From Squalus acanthias (lineage: Eukaryota): a stretch of 64,000 nt of DNA. Below the pieces are notes generated by a model, which had not been told where the DNA came from, searched no databases, and saw only the letters and a program-made list of their open reading frames with translations. The first letter of the stretch is position 1, and every line of letters begins with the position of its first letter. Position numbers and translations under genes: made by a program. Below are positions 12,377-25,300 of this stretch, one piece after another. Where the stretch lies: the NCBI GenBank assembly GCA_030390025.1, contig CM059432.1:39620001-39684000 (forward strand), written 5' to 3'.

Positions 12377-13294
12377 TCAGTAGCGGTGACCAGCGAGGTC
12401 GAGGGTGACTGTCCGGGTGCCATACGTCCGGATTTCCGAGCCGTTAGCAGCAGCCAGCGCCGGTCCTCGTTCGCCCTTTTGGATGTCGAGGGAGGAGGCT
12501 GGGATGATGCTGTGCTGAGCCCCAGTGTCGCACAGGAACCGGCGGCCGGTTTTGTCATCCGTGACGAACAGCAGGGAGCCCGCGTGGCCCATGGCCATCG
12601 CGGGGGCTGGTACGGGGGCGGACTTGAAAGAGCAGGGAGGTGTGCACCGTTGTGCCCTGGCGCCGAACCGTGCGTGGTAGTAACAGTGGCCCGGGTTAGT
12701 GGGGCGTGAAGGCCCCGTGGGCCTGGTGGCAGGCCCTTGTGGCTGCGTGCTGGCCGGTGAGGGGCGCGCCCAGGCATTGGCTGCCAGGTCCGGAGTGACG
12801 TCGCGGCTGGAGTGAGCGGACAGCAGCTTGTCGGCCTCATCGGCCAGGGCTTCCAGGTTCGTGAGGCCGGACGCCACGATCGCTGGGCGGATGCTGAGAG
12901 GGAGCTGGCGGATGAACAGCGTGCGGAAGAGGGATCCGGGTGGGCTCTCATCGGTGAGGGGGAGCATGTGGGAGAGGAGGTCTGACGGTGAGGCATCACC
13001 GAGGCCTGGAAGGTCGAGGAGGTGGCAGTTTCGCTGATATGCCGAGGCCGTAAATTTTTTAAGGAGCGCTGTTTTGAGATGTACGCACTTGCCTTCCTCT
13101 GGTGGGTTCTGCAGCATTGTCCAAACCTTCGAAACTGTGGCGCTACTGAGTGATGTGACGAGATAGTCGTACTTCGTCCCATCTGTGGTGATGCGTTGCA
13201 GCCGGAAGAGCGATTCAGCTTGGAGAAACCAGGCTTCGGGCTGGTTTTCCCAAAACTCCGGCAGTTTCACAGAAACTGCGTTCGTGTCCACCAT
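12377..13294 (-). CDS. gag: Gypsy Gag plus N-terminal half of the aspartic protease
   Basis: VKLPEFW..PEAWF Gag N-terminus; CHCC knuckle CYYH-X9-CTPPC; protease active site FLCDTGA; ends at an in-frame TGA inside the protease. Confidence 0.9.
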   Translation of the reverse strand: MVDTNAVSVKLPEFWENQPEAWFLQAESLFRLQRITTDGTKYDYLVTSLSSATVSKVWTMLQNPPEEGKCVHLKTALLKKFTASAYQRNCHLLDLPGLGDASPSDLLSHMLPLTDESPPGSLFRTLFIRQLPLSIRPAIVASGLTNLEALADEADKLLSAHSSRDVTPDLAANAWARPSPASTQPQGPATRPTGPSRPTNPGHCYYHARFGARAQRCTPPCSFKSAPVPAPAMAMGHAGSLLFVTDDKTGRRFLCDTGAQHSIIPASSLDIQKGERGPALAAANGSEIRTYGTRTVTLDLAGHRY

Positions 13295-13319
13295 TGCAGT
13301 GCTCGTAATACGTTCTGAG

Positions 13320-13333
13320 CGTCGGGGTCACCA
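13320..13333 (-). other. Primer-binding site complementary to the tRNA-Trp 3' end
   Basis: Minus strand TGGTGACCCCGACG, one base inside the 5' LTR; the canonical Trp PBS is TGGTGACCCCGACGTGAT. Confidence 0.85.
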
Positions 13334-13334
13334 A

Positions 13335-13572
13335 TGTTGAGGCTGCCGCGAAACACAAATTAAGGCTGAAACCATGTGTATTAAACAAGAGACTTTTTAA
13401 TCACTGCATGGCACAAAACGGCTGAACAGAAAAGCCCCCAGAATTCTCTGGGCAAACCCTGAGGCCCCGCCCACTCCTGCCTTATAGGTAAGGTGCCTTA
13501 AAGGGAAGGTGCTGGATATTTGTCCACGGACGGAAGAGTGGATTATGTCCGTTTAGGTGGCAATCTGCCACA
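13335..13572 (-). repeat. 5' LTR of the Gypsy element
   Basis: Direct repeat of 9198-9435 with about 7 substitutions by eye; adjacent to the PBS. Confidence 0.95.
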
Positions 13573-13589
13573 CTTCCTTTAAATACAAT

Positions 13590-14630
13590 TCCGACAGGCC
13601 ACTGCGAAAAATCGCATAGACCTCCTCAGAAGACGAACACGGGACACAACCAACAGAGTACCCTACGTCGTCCAGTACTTCCCCGGAGCGGAGAAACTAT
13701 GCCATGTTCTTCACAGCCTTCAACATGTCATCGATGATGACGAACACCTCGCTAAGGCCATCCCCACGTCTCCACTACTCGCCTTCAAACAGCCGCCTAA
13801 CCTCAAAAGTTCCACTGCTCGCAGCAAATTATCCAGCTTTCAGGAGAACAGCGACCATGACACCACACAACCCTGCCACGGCAACCTCTGCAAGACATGC
13901 CAGATCATCAACACAGATACCATCATCACACATGAGGACACTACCCACCTGGTACATGGTACATACTCATGTGACTCGGCCAACGTTGTCTACCTCATAC
14001 GTTGCAGGAAAGGATGCCCCGGAGCATGGTACATCGGCGAGACCATGCAGACACTGCGACCAACATATGAACGGACACCGTGCAACAATCGCCAAGCAGG
14101 AGTGTTCCCTCCCAGTCGGGGAACACTTCAGCAGTCAAGGATATTCAGCCTCGGATCTTCGGGTAAGCTTTCTCTAAGGCGGCCTTCGAGACACATGACA
14201 ACGCAAAATCGTCGATCTGCTGTGATTTCCAGCAAAAAAGGTAAAGTTTTTTGTTTTCCATACAGTCTCCAGCATCTGACACATTTGACCCCTTGTGACC
14301 CCACCTCATTGTCTTTGTTGTATTTTGCTATTGTCTTTGATGTAATGTCTCCCTGACTGACCTGGTTGGACACCATCCACACCTTTGATTGCCGTGATTG
14401 TCTCTCTGCCGAGGTGTGATAAAGGGCAGTTAGAAAGATTAACTGTAGTCGTCTGGCAGTGTTCTCTGTCTATATATGCTGTGCCCATATGCATTTCTTC
14501 ACTTCACCTGACAAAGGAGCAGCACTCCGAAAGCTTGTGATTTCAAATAAAGCTGTTGGACTATAACCTGGTGTTGTGCGACTTCTCACTTTTGTCCACC
14601 CCAGTCCAACACCGGCATCTCCGCATCAAT
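13590..14630 (+). mobile_element. Penelope-like element 3' fragment (GIY-YIG endonuclease plus terminal repeat)
   Basis: Frameshifted translation AFKQPPNL..CHGNLCKTC..NVVYLIRC..WYIGET..RMNGHR..VGEHF. The 3' repeat has a TATA-like motif, a hammerhead-like motif and AATAAA, and is shared with 3064-3275 and 37343-37436. Confidence 0.88.
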
Positions 14631-14880
14631 TTAAATCTCAGCACCTGTTTCTATTGCGATCTCTTTGCCCCCTCTGGTAATGCAGATCGAGTGCAAACAG
14701 TGTGGAGATTGGGCACGATGGGTCTCCCAAACACCTGGGAAATAGGCACACTCTGGCATTAGGCAAAGAACAAATCAGCCCCGCTAAGCATTATAGCACT
14801 ATTTGCCTATCGACGAGGTTAATAAGTGTCTCAGTGCCAGGTTTTTTTCCTGATTCAGTACTCGATTGTCCCTCTGTATT

Positions 14881-14936
14881 AATCATTCTAGCTTCATGAA
14901 TTTGCAGTAATCATTCTAGCTTCATGAATTTGCAGT
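14881..14936. repeat. Perfect 28-bp tandem duplication
   Basis: AATCATTCTAGCTTCATGAATTTGCAGT x2. Confidence 0.9.
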
Positions 14937-16224
14937 GAGTTAAACGGTTGAGTTCTAGCAAGTGTGATTTAAAAAAAGGGAGAAAAATTAACTCATTTAT
15001 CAGTGCAATCAATGTGCCAACAGCAAATTAAATTCACTTATAGCTCATTTATAATAGAGAATGCGCATATAAACTGTGCATTCTCAGTTAAAGGCAGCAA
15101 AAGCTGTTATCAGAGTAGCCAACAAAAGAATAATTCTAACAGAATTTTTTTGATATCTTCTATTCAATATAAATAAATCCTAATTTTACTGACACTGCAG
15201 AGGAAATGCGCATTTGCACATTCTCACACACATGTTCTGTATCTAGATGTTCCATCTGATTTGAAATGTGTTGTCTAATATATCTGGCCATTAAAGCACT
15301 TGTCCTGTTTATAGTGTTTACAGAAATACAAATTGTACTTGCTCTCATTCCACTGGAGGTCATCCTTTTAAAATGTCTTTTTTGCATTTAATGTTCATGT
15401 TTATTGGGTGCTCTTTCACCAGATTGATCGGAAATACTGGCCTTTTCAGAATATGAGGGTTAGATACAATGAAAGCAATGGGGAGCCTATTGCGTCTATC
15501 TCGGTACCACACACTGTCAGGGGAATGGGGTCAGACTGCAGGGGAGCAGGAATGCACAGCTGAGCTGGCATTGTTCCAAGATGGTGGTCTTGACTGAGGA
15601 ACTGGAATGAATCTTTTCTTTAGTTCTTTTCAGATATATAAAGATACATCTGAAAGTTCATTTCAAGATAATGTTAATAACTGAATTACTATCATCACAA
15701 TTTCTACTAAACACATCAGCTAGGCAGATCACTCCCAGTCCTTAAAACTTTTTTTTTATAGCTGTACAATTAAATTGAGCTCAATTCAAATGTGCCAAAT
15801 ACCAGTATAGTCTGTACCATAGAAGCAGCTCCTTGATAACTGCGAAATTTTGTAACACTTTATTTTCAAATATCATATGAATGAGCACAACGTTATGAAG
15901 TCATTAGCCTTTCCGAGGGCCTGAGAAAAGGACCTTGTTTCTGAGATTATTAAACAAGTATGGGCACATGATTAGGAGGAATGCCCTGCTAATACACCCT
16001 AATAAATAGTTGCACAATATTCACACAAAATTAACTCTTTACCCAGACTATCTTTCCCTTCATAAGATTGAACATCCTTCCACAGATACTTTCACTAGCA
16101 CTCGCATAAGATGTCTGAGCATCTTACTTTTGTGGGAGTTGATCCACAATGCCCTATATCTACTTGTACAACAGTGTAACCCGAGGTGTAACAATTAATT
16201 AAAATAAATTAATTAAAACACAAT

Positions 16225-16872
16225 GATCCCGATTTTAACTACGGGCTAGTTTTCGGTGGATGAGTTTCGGTATTAGTTGAAATCTCACCTGCTGCAGCAA
16301 AAAAGGGTATTTGAGTTCCCGGGCCTCATTTCAATGCTGCTAGGGAGGAAGCAATGCAAATTAGTGCAACCCAGAGGCTGACCAGCGAGACAAGCTAAGC
16401 GATGGTATCAGATATCAGGCCATCCCGCCGGGGGTCCCCTCAATGAGGGGTTGACGAGATTTGGGCAGTGGAGGCCTAAGATTTCTTTGTGATGCCCGGA
16501 AGAGCACTCCTGTTCCTGTTGGTCCCACAAGAAAAGTTTAAAAAAAAAAAATTAAACTTACCTCTTTGGGCCTCTTCTGGCTCCGTTCCATTTCTTCACT
16601 GAGCTGGTTGGCAGGAAACTTACTGCCGCTTCTCGCTCAGGCCTACTAGAAAGAATTGCAGTCGGGTTCTGATGACATCATTGGGATCCGATATACATAT
16701 GTAAAAAAGGACCCCGCTGGTTTTGTGTAGATACTCATGCCGCCTACTCAGTGAAGCAGGTTAAAAAAGTGGCAGGTCAGCTTCTGGTGGCTCAAGGGTG
16801 GGTAAGTAACCTGATGATCTTAACTGTCCACCCACCCAGTTTCTGCCAGATGGTAAGGGTTAAAATCGCCCC
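16225..16872. mobile_element. Older MITE-like element
   Basis: CGATTTTAAC ... GTTAAAATCG inverted ends; internally similar to 62214-62878. Confidence 0.6.
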
Positions 16873-17869
16873 TCAACATTTAAAGTAACGCTTTTTCAAA
16901 AAATTTCTGTGGAACAATGGTCAAAAGATCCCGAAACGTGACACCAGCTCCAGATATTCCAGCAGTAGCCAGTGCCGGAGGTACCCCAGTGGGTTTTCGG
17001 TACCTATGTTTTTAATTATATAGATGAAGGAAAATACTTGGAAAATGATTTGCACTTCCTCCACGCACATATACCAGAATTATATTTAAGGCTTGTTGGT
17101 GGAAATGCACCTATCCCCCACCCATCCTCTTTTGCATAAATAAAACAAGCAAATGAACTGAAATGCTTATCTGCGCCATTTGCTACATTGAGGCATGGAC
17201 GCTAAATGCTGTTCTCTATGTCTAATCTAGACACACCAGCTCAATCAGACATTCCAGGAGAGCTTACAAATTTCACACGAGTTATTATTATAGAATCAGA
17301 CACAATCTGTAAGTGAAGGCTCCTAGTAAAATAACATTAGGTCAATTATTGTGGAAAATAAAATCTAGGGAGAACATGGGTGAATCCTGGTAAAACAAAT
17401 TTTGGTCCAGAGTATTTTACTCTTGGGTATTGCCAGACCAACTTGGGGAAAACAGTTCTCTTTCAGCAGTTCATTACCAGTTCTTGGTTGAGAGGTTTAT
17501 TAGGAGAATGTGGGAAGAGACTAACACACAGGCATTGTTAACTGGAGTCTTGTTTGTCAAGAATAAGCAGTTTTATTGAGAGAATGCAGTGAAAAATATG
17601 CATTCGTTTTTATTTTATGATTGGTTAAAGTCATCATCTTAATTTGTTCTCAAATCAAATGGAAAGCAGAGATTGTTTTCTTACTTCTCAAATAGTTAAT
17701 TATTAATTTTGAGCTTGCAAGAATTTGTTAAACTAAATGTAATACTTATCAAGAGTAGAGTAATAATGTAAATAATGTACTAACCTTACCATTCAGCTCA
17801 TGGTGATTGTGATAATATTGCAAATTGACAATTGTCTCGAAAGCCACTTCATCTCTGCTTGCATATTTT

Positions 17870-18603
17870 GGGCCAGAAATTCGGCTCTTGTCGGGTGAGT
17901 ACGCGCTGTGTACTCACCCGTAAGGCCACCTGAAGTGTCGGTTTCCCGCATGCACTGCGCATGCGCGGGAAATTGGAACTTCCGTTCCCCTGAAGGAAGG
18001 GGTTCAGAAGTTGAATGCATGCGCGGTAGAGGCAGCGCGCACGCAGCGAACTTCGTTTTTTTTTTTCAGGTTTCTCCGGGAGGGTAAGTATGGAGAAGCT
18101 GCACTTTTAAAAAGGAGGCACAGGGCCTGTTTTTAACAAGGTAAGTGGTTAATTAATTACAATTTAAACATTTTTTCAACAGCTTTATCATTATTACATA
18201 CTTTAAAGAAAGGTAAGTTTATTTTTAGCACCGTTAAAAAGTAAAATTAATTTTTTCAAAAATTTTAATTTTTGTTTAAAGTAGTTAATTTATGTAAATT
18301 ATAGTTATTTTAAAAATGTGATTTTTTTTTTTAAAATTTATTTGAAGTTTAAGTGTGGTTTTGGGGCCGATCTCTATTCATAGATTTGACAGGTCTTCCC
18401 CGGCTCTCCATGGCCCACGTGATCCCAGGGGACTCTTCAAACTAACTGCGCCCCTGGGATACGCAAGCACTGCGCGCCGGCAGCTGCAGGAGGCCCAGGA
18501 CCCGAAGTCCTCGTGGGCCCGAAGCACAACAGCAGGCCGCGGTAGGTAAGTACGCGCGCGATGCTTGCACCCGCAGGAAGCCGGAGAGCCGAATTTCTGG
18601 CCC
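17870..18603. mobile_element. Harbinger-type MITE
   Basis: 19-bp perfect TIR GGGCCAGAAATTCGGCTCT; TSD TTT. Confidence 0.88.
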
Positions 18604-18874
18604 TTTATGTTTGAGTAATGTCGACAGTGGGGCACAAGAGTCTGGTCTATAATGTAACACTGTTAAACAATGTGACATGAGACTGGATTGACATCATATT
18701 AGTGAGAATGGAAAATAATTGTTTTCCTTTCTAATTATTCCGATTGAATGACAACCAGTTTCAACGTGGATTTTGATGTATTACCACAGTTCGCAACATT
18801 GCTCGACCCAGACCTGTCAATGTCACTGCTTTAACAGCAAAGGGGAGCTGCAAAGTAAAATTAAACTACCTGAT

Positions 18875-21800
18875 ACATGGGGTTGTTCTCCTTGGAGCAC
18901 AGAAGGCGAAGAGGAGAATTTATAGAAGTATTTAAAATCATGAAAGGTTTAGATAGAGTAAATAAAGAGAAACTGTTTCCAATGGGTGAAGGGTCGATAA
19001 CGAGACGGCACAGATTTAAGGTGAATGGCAAAAGAACCAGAGGCGACATGAGGAAAACCTTTTTTACGCAATGAGTGGTTAGGATTTGGAATGCATTGCC
19101 TGATAGGGTGGTGGATACAGATTCAATAGTATCATAGAAGAATCCTAGAAATTTACAGCACAGAAGGAGGCCATTGGGCCCATTGTGTCTGTGCCGGCCG
19201 AAAAAGAGCTATCCAGCCTAATCCCACTTTCCAGCTCTTGGTCCGTAGCCCAGTAGTTTACGGCACTTCAAGTGCATATCCAAGTACTTTTTAAATGTGA
19301 TGAAGGTTCCTGCCTCTACCACCCTTTCAGACAGTGAGTTCCATAAAAATACACTGCTTTTCTATTTTTCCTACCAAAGTGGATAACTTCACATTTCTCC
19401 ACATTATATTCCATTTGCCATGTTCTTGCCCACTCACTTAGCCTGTCTATATCCCCTTGAAGCCTCCTTGCATCCTCCTCACAACTTACATTCCCACCCA
19501 GCTTTGTATCATCAGCAAACTTGGATATATTACATTTGGTCCCCCCATCCAAATCATTGATGTAGATTGTGAATAGCTGAGGCCCAAGCACTGATTCTTA
19601 CGGCACCTTATCGAATGCCTTCTGAAAATCCAAATACACCACATCAGCTGGTTCCCCCTTATCTATTCTGCTAGTTACAACCTCAAAAAACTCGAACAGA
19701 TTTGTCAAACACGATTTCCCTTTCATAAATCCGTGTTGACTGCCCAATCCTATTATTATTTTCCAAGTGCCCTGTTACCACGTCCTTAATAATAGATTCT
19801 AGCATTTTTCCTACTACTGATGTTAGGCTAACTGGTCTGTAGTTCACCGTTTTCTGTCTCCCTCCTTTCTTAAATAGTGGGGTTACATTTGCTACCTTCT
19901 AATCCACGGGAACCGTTCTAGAATCTGTGGAATTTTGGAAAATGACAACCAATGTAGCCACTATCTCTATAGCCAACTCTTTCAAAACCCTAGGATGTAG
20001 GCCATCAGGTCCAGGGGATTTATTATCTTTCAGTCCCATTAATTTCTCCAGTACTACTTTTTTACTAATACTAATATCTTTCAGTTCCTCATTCTCACTA
20101 GACCCTTGGTTCTCCACCATTTCCGGGAAGTTTTTTGCGTCTTCTTCCGTGAAGACAGACACTTTGGCCGTGATTTTGCCAGCACTCAGAGGAAGGGTTT
20201 GGAGGCAGGTCAGAGGTTAAATTCGATTTGATTGATGGCGGGTTCCGATCCCGCCGTCAACCCGCCTCCAAACAGCTTTCCCAAGTGTCGGGTCCCCGAT
20301 TTGCGAATGGACCCAACACCTAGCGGCGGGAAGCGGATTAAAGGCAATTACCTGCCTATTAACAGGTACTTGTCAGTAGTTTTCAGCCTGTTTTTGGATT
20401 TTCCTGCTTCTGGGTCGGGTTTCCCAACATCCGGACACCATGCCAGGTAAGTGTGGCATGTTGAGTCTGCTGTAATGTGTGTGGAATGATGACAGCTGCA
20501 GAAGTGGTGTGAAGGATCCAATGTTGCACATGGTGAGTTTCAGAGCAAAGCAAATGTTGGTTACAGCATTTTTTAAACATTTACAGATTTCATTAGCTTA
20601 CAAGTTTTTAAATCCAACTATATGTCCAGTGCCACCTCATTGGGAGAACCTCTCTCACCAGTGACAGATCGCTTCTGTCACCTCACCTGCAGCTGCCATC
20701 TATTCCATCATATGGAGGGAGTCATTGGAGAGCTTGGGTGCAAGAGGTCACCTTTGTGCAGTGATTGTCAGTGTTTTCAGCACCTCAATGCTGTCAAACA
20801 CTGAGAAATCAACTGTCAAAATAAAATTGTGCGTGGTCCCTTTAAGGAAACTGGGAGATGACGTGTCATCAAATGACATCATCAGACCCGCTTCCTGTTA
20901 ATTGGCTGGTAACAAGGCCAATCAAGGGAAAATCACTTCTGTGGAGCAGAGGCAGCTGGGGGCGGGACTGGAAGCTGGAAACCAGCTGTCCCGCACCCAT
21001 CCTGACATCGCTGATAAAATTGTGGCCAAAGTATTTGTTTAGTTTCTCTGCCATTTCCTTATTCCCCATTATAATTTCTCCTGTTTCAGCCTGTAAGGGA
21101 CCCACATTTACTTTCGCTAATCTTTTCCTTTTTACATACCTATAGAAGCTTTTACAGTCTGTTTTTATGTCTCTCACTAGTTTACTCTCATATTCTATTT
21201 TCCTTTTCTTTATCAATTTCTTGGTCCTCCTTTGCTGAATTAGAAAATCCTCCCAATCCTCAGGCTTGCTACTCTTTTTGGCAGCATTATAAGCCTCTTC
21301 CTTTGACCTAATACTATCTTTAACTTCTCTTGTTAGCCACGGTTGGATCACTTTTCTTCTGGGGTTTTTTTGCCTTAAAGGAATGTATATTTGTTGTAAA
21401 TTATGTATTAATTCTTTAAATGTTAGCCATTGCTCATCCACTGTCATACCTTTTAATGTAGTTTCCCAATCTACCTTAGCCAACTCGCCCCTCATACCTA
21501 CATAGTTTGCTTTGTTTAGATTTAAGACCCTAGTTTCGGATTTAATTAAGTCACTTTCAAACTCAATATAAAATTCTATCATATTATGGTCACTCTTCCC
21601 TAAAGGGCCCTTTACTACAAGGTTATTAATTAACCCTTTCTCGTTGCACAATACTAGATCTGAAATAGCCTGTTCCCTAGTTGGTTCCTCAGCATACTGA
21701 TCTAGAAAACTATCTTGCATACATCCATGAATTCATCCTGGTTTGCCCAGTCTATATGTAGATTAAAGTCCCCCATGATTACTGTATTACCTTTGTTACA

Positions 21801-22190
21801 TGCACCTCTAATTTCCTGATTTATACTCTCCCCTACATTACAACTACTGTTTGGAGGCCTATAAATAACTCCCACCAATGTTTTCTGCCCCTTGCTGTTT
21901 CTTAGCTCCACCCAAACTGATTCTACTTCTTGATTTTTGGAGCTAAGATCCTTTCTCTCTACTGTCTTTATCCCATCCTTTATTATCAGGGCTACCCCTC
22001 CACCTTTTCCATTCTGCCTGTCCCTTCTAAAAGTTATGTATCCTGGAATATTTAGTTCCCAACCTTGGCCACTTTGCAACCACGTCTCCGTTATGGCTAT
22101 TAGATCAAACCTGTTAATTTCTATCTGCGCTATTAATTCATCTAATTTGTTGCGAATGCTTCGCGCATTCAGATATAGTGCCTTTAGCTA
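18875..22190 (-). mobile_element. Cluster of CR1 fragments: short + strand piece 18875-19130, then a deleted minus-strand ORF2 interrupted by a Harbinger derivative
   Basis: FADDTKLGG, KSPGPDGLHPRVLKE, SDHN and GDFN motifs; very similar to 57300-61190. Confidence 0.88.
20166..21027. mobile_element. Non-autonomous Harbinger derivative inserted in a CR1
   Basis: TIR GGCCGTGATTTT / AAAATTGTGGCC; internal similarity to the 1-1496 and 5646-7414 derivatives; CR1 sequence resumes on both sides. Confidence 0.82.
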
Positions 22191-22339
22191 TCTATCTGAT
22201 CTAAACTATTTCTCCTTCCTTGACACTATTCTTAAATAAAGTCTATGGTTTTTTAATCAGATTTTCACCTTGATAAAAATCTGATTACCTCTCCAGCCTG
22301 ACACTATTTTGCATGGTTTTTTAAAAATCTTCGGGAGCC

Positions 22340-25300
22340 ATAAGAACATAACATAAAAAGTAGGAGCAGGAGTAGGCCATATGGCCCCTCGGGCCTGCTC
22401 CGCCATTCAATAGGATCATGGCTGATCCGAACCTAGACTCACGTCCACTTCCCTGCCCGCTCCCCATAACCCTTAATTCCCTTATCAGCTAGGAAACTGT
22501 CTATCTCCGTTTTAAATTTATTTAATGTCGCAGCTTCCACAGCTCTCTGAGGTGGCAAATTCCATAGATTTACTACCCTCTGAGTGAAGAAGTTTCTCCT
22601 CATCTCAGTTTTGAAACGGCAGCCCCTTATTCTAAGATTATACCCCCTAGTTCTAGCCTCACCCATCAGTGGAAACATCCTCCCCGCCTCCACCCGATCA
22701 AGCCCCCTCACAATCTTATATGTTTCGATAAGATCGCCTCTCATTCTTCTGAATTCCAATGAGTAGAGGCCCAACCTACTCAACCTTTCCTCATAAGTCA
22801 ACCCCCTCATCTCCGGAATCAACCGAGTGAACCTTCTCTGAACTGCCTCGAGAGCAAGTATATCTTTTCTTAAATATGGAAACCAAAACTGTACGCAGTA
22901 TTCCAGGTGTGGCCTCACCAGTACCTTGTATAACTGAAGCAAGACTTCCCTGCTTTTATACTCCATCCCCCTTGCAATAAAAGCCAAGATTCCATTGCCC
23001 TTCCTGATCACCTGCTGTACCTGCATACTAACCTTCTGTGTTTCATGCACCAGGACCCCCAGATCCCTTTGTACTGTAGCACTTTGCAGTTTCTTTCCAT
23101 TTAGATAATAACTTGCTCTTTGATTTTTTCTGCCAAAGTGCATAACCTCACACTTTCCAACATTATATTCCATCTGCCAAATTTCCGCCCACTCACTTAG
23201 CCTGTCTATGTCCTTTTGCAGGTTTTTTATGTCCTCCTCACTCACTGCTTTTCCTCCCATCTTTGTATCATCAGCAAACTTGGATACGTTGCACTTGGTC
23301 CCCTCCTCCAAATCGTTAATATAGATTGTAAAGAGTTGGGGTCCCAGCACTGACCCTTGCGGAACACCTCTAGTTACTGATTGACAACCCGAGAATGAAC
23401 CATTTATCCCAACTCTCTGTTTTCTGTTAGATAGCCAATCTTCCACCCATGCCAGTATATTACCCCCTATCCCGTGATTTTTTTATCTTGTGCAGTAATC
23501 TTTTGTGTGGCACCTTATCAAATGCCTTTTGGAAGTCCAAGTACACCACATCCACTGGTTCCCCTTTATCCACCCTGTTTGTTACGTCCTCAAAGAATTC
23601 GAGCAAATTTGTCAAGCATGATTTCCCCTTCATAAAACCATGCTGACTCTGTCCGATTAAATTATGCTTATCCAAATGTCCTGTTACTGCTTCCTTAATA
23701 ATGGACTCCAACATTTTACCAACCACAGATGTTAGGCTAACTGGTCTATAGTTTCCAGCCTTTTGTCTACCTCCCTTTTTAAATAAGGGTGTTACATTAG
23801 CAGTTTTCCAATCTGCTGGGACCTTTCCCGAATCCAGGGAGTTTTGGAAAATTACCACCAATGCATCCGCAATCCCTACCGCTGCTTCTCTCAAGACCCT
23901 AGGATGTAAGCCATCTGGTCCAGGGGATTTATCCGCCTTAAGTCCCATTATCTTACCGAGTACTGTCTCCTTAGTGATTTTAATCGTGTTTAGCTCCTCC
24001 CCCCCCTATAGCCCCCCGTTTGTCCAGTGTTGGGATATTTTTAGTATCCTCTACTGTAAAGACTGATACAGAATATTTGTTCAGCGTATTTGCCATCTCC
24101 GTGTTCCCCACTACTAATTTCCCGGTCTTGTCCTCTAAGGGACCAACATTCACTTTAGCCACCCTTTTTCTTTTTATATAACTGTAGAAACTCTTGCTAT
24201 CTGTTTTTATATTTTTTGCTAGTTTACTTTCATAATCTATCTTCCCCTTCTTAATTAATCTTGTAGTTATTCTTTGCTGGCTTTTAAATGCTTCCCAATC
24301 TTCTATCCTCCCACTAGATTTGGCTACTTTATATGCCCTTGTTTTCAGTCGGATACTATCCTTTATTACTTTACTTAGCCACGGATGGCTGTCTTTTCTT
24401 TTACGCCCCTTTTTCCTCAGTGGAATATATTTTTCTTGAAAGTTGTGAAATACCTCCTTAAATGTACACCACTGCTCCTGTACCGTCTTACACCTTAATC
24501 TATTTTCCCAGTCCACTTTAGTCAACTCTGCTCTCATACCTTCATAGTCTCCTTTATTTAAGCTTAGTACGCTGGTTTGAGATCCAACTCTCTCACCCTC
24601 CAACTGAATTTGGAATTCAACCATGTTATGGTCACTCATTCCAAGGGGATCCTTTACTAGGACATTTTTTATTAATCCTGTCTCATTACACAGGACCAGA
24701 TCTAAGATTGCGTGCCCCCTGGTTGGTTCAGTAACATACTGCTCAAGGAACCCGTCCCTAATGCACTCTATGAACTCTTCCTCAAGGCTGCCCTGCCCAA
24801 TTTGATTTGTCCAGTCAATATGAAACTTAAAATCTCCCATGATTATAGCTGTTCCCTTATTACAAGCCCCAACTATTTCCTGATTTATACTCCGACCAAT
24901 AGAGTTACAACTGTTAGGAGGCCTATAGACTATGCCCACTAGTGACTTTTTCCCCTTATTATTCCTTATCTCCACCCAAACTGTTTCACTATACTGATCC
25001 TTTGACCCAATATCATTTCTCACTATTGCAGTGATTCCATCCTTTATTAACATAGCCACCCCACCTCCCTTTCCTTCCTGTCTGTCCTTCCTAATAGTCA
25101 AATACCCCTGGATGTTTAGTTCCCAGTCATGGTCACCTCGCAGCCATGTTTCTGTAATAGCCACCAGATCATACCCATGTGTAGTTATTTGTACCGTCAA
25201 CTCGTCTATTTTGTTACGAATGCTGCGTGCATTCAGATAAAGAACTTTTAAACATGTTTTGTGACAATTTATTCCTGCTTTTACCCCCCTTACTACTTTA

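Larger units (their letters stand above)
9198..13572 (-). mobile_element. Full-length Ty3/Gypsy LTR retrotransposon, CsRn1/Kabuki/Boudicca-like clade
   Basis: Two 238-bp TG..CA LTRs; 4-bp TSD CTTC (9194-9197, 13573-13576); tRNA-Trp PBS; PPT GGGGGGAG next to the 3' LTR; gag-PR-RT-RH-IN order. Confidence 0.95.

Noticed and set aside
9817..13182. Many overlapping long ORFs on the + strand and in alternate frames
   Set aside because: Shadow ORFs of the GC-rich gag-pol sequence, with no independent motifs.
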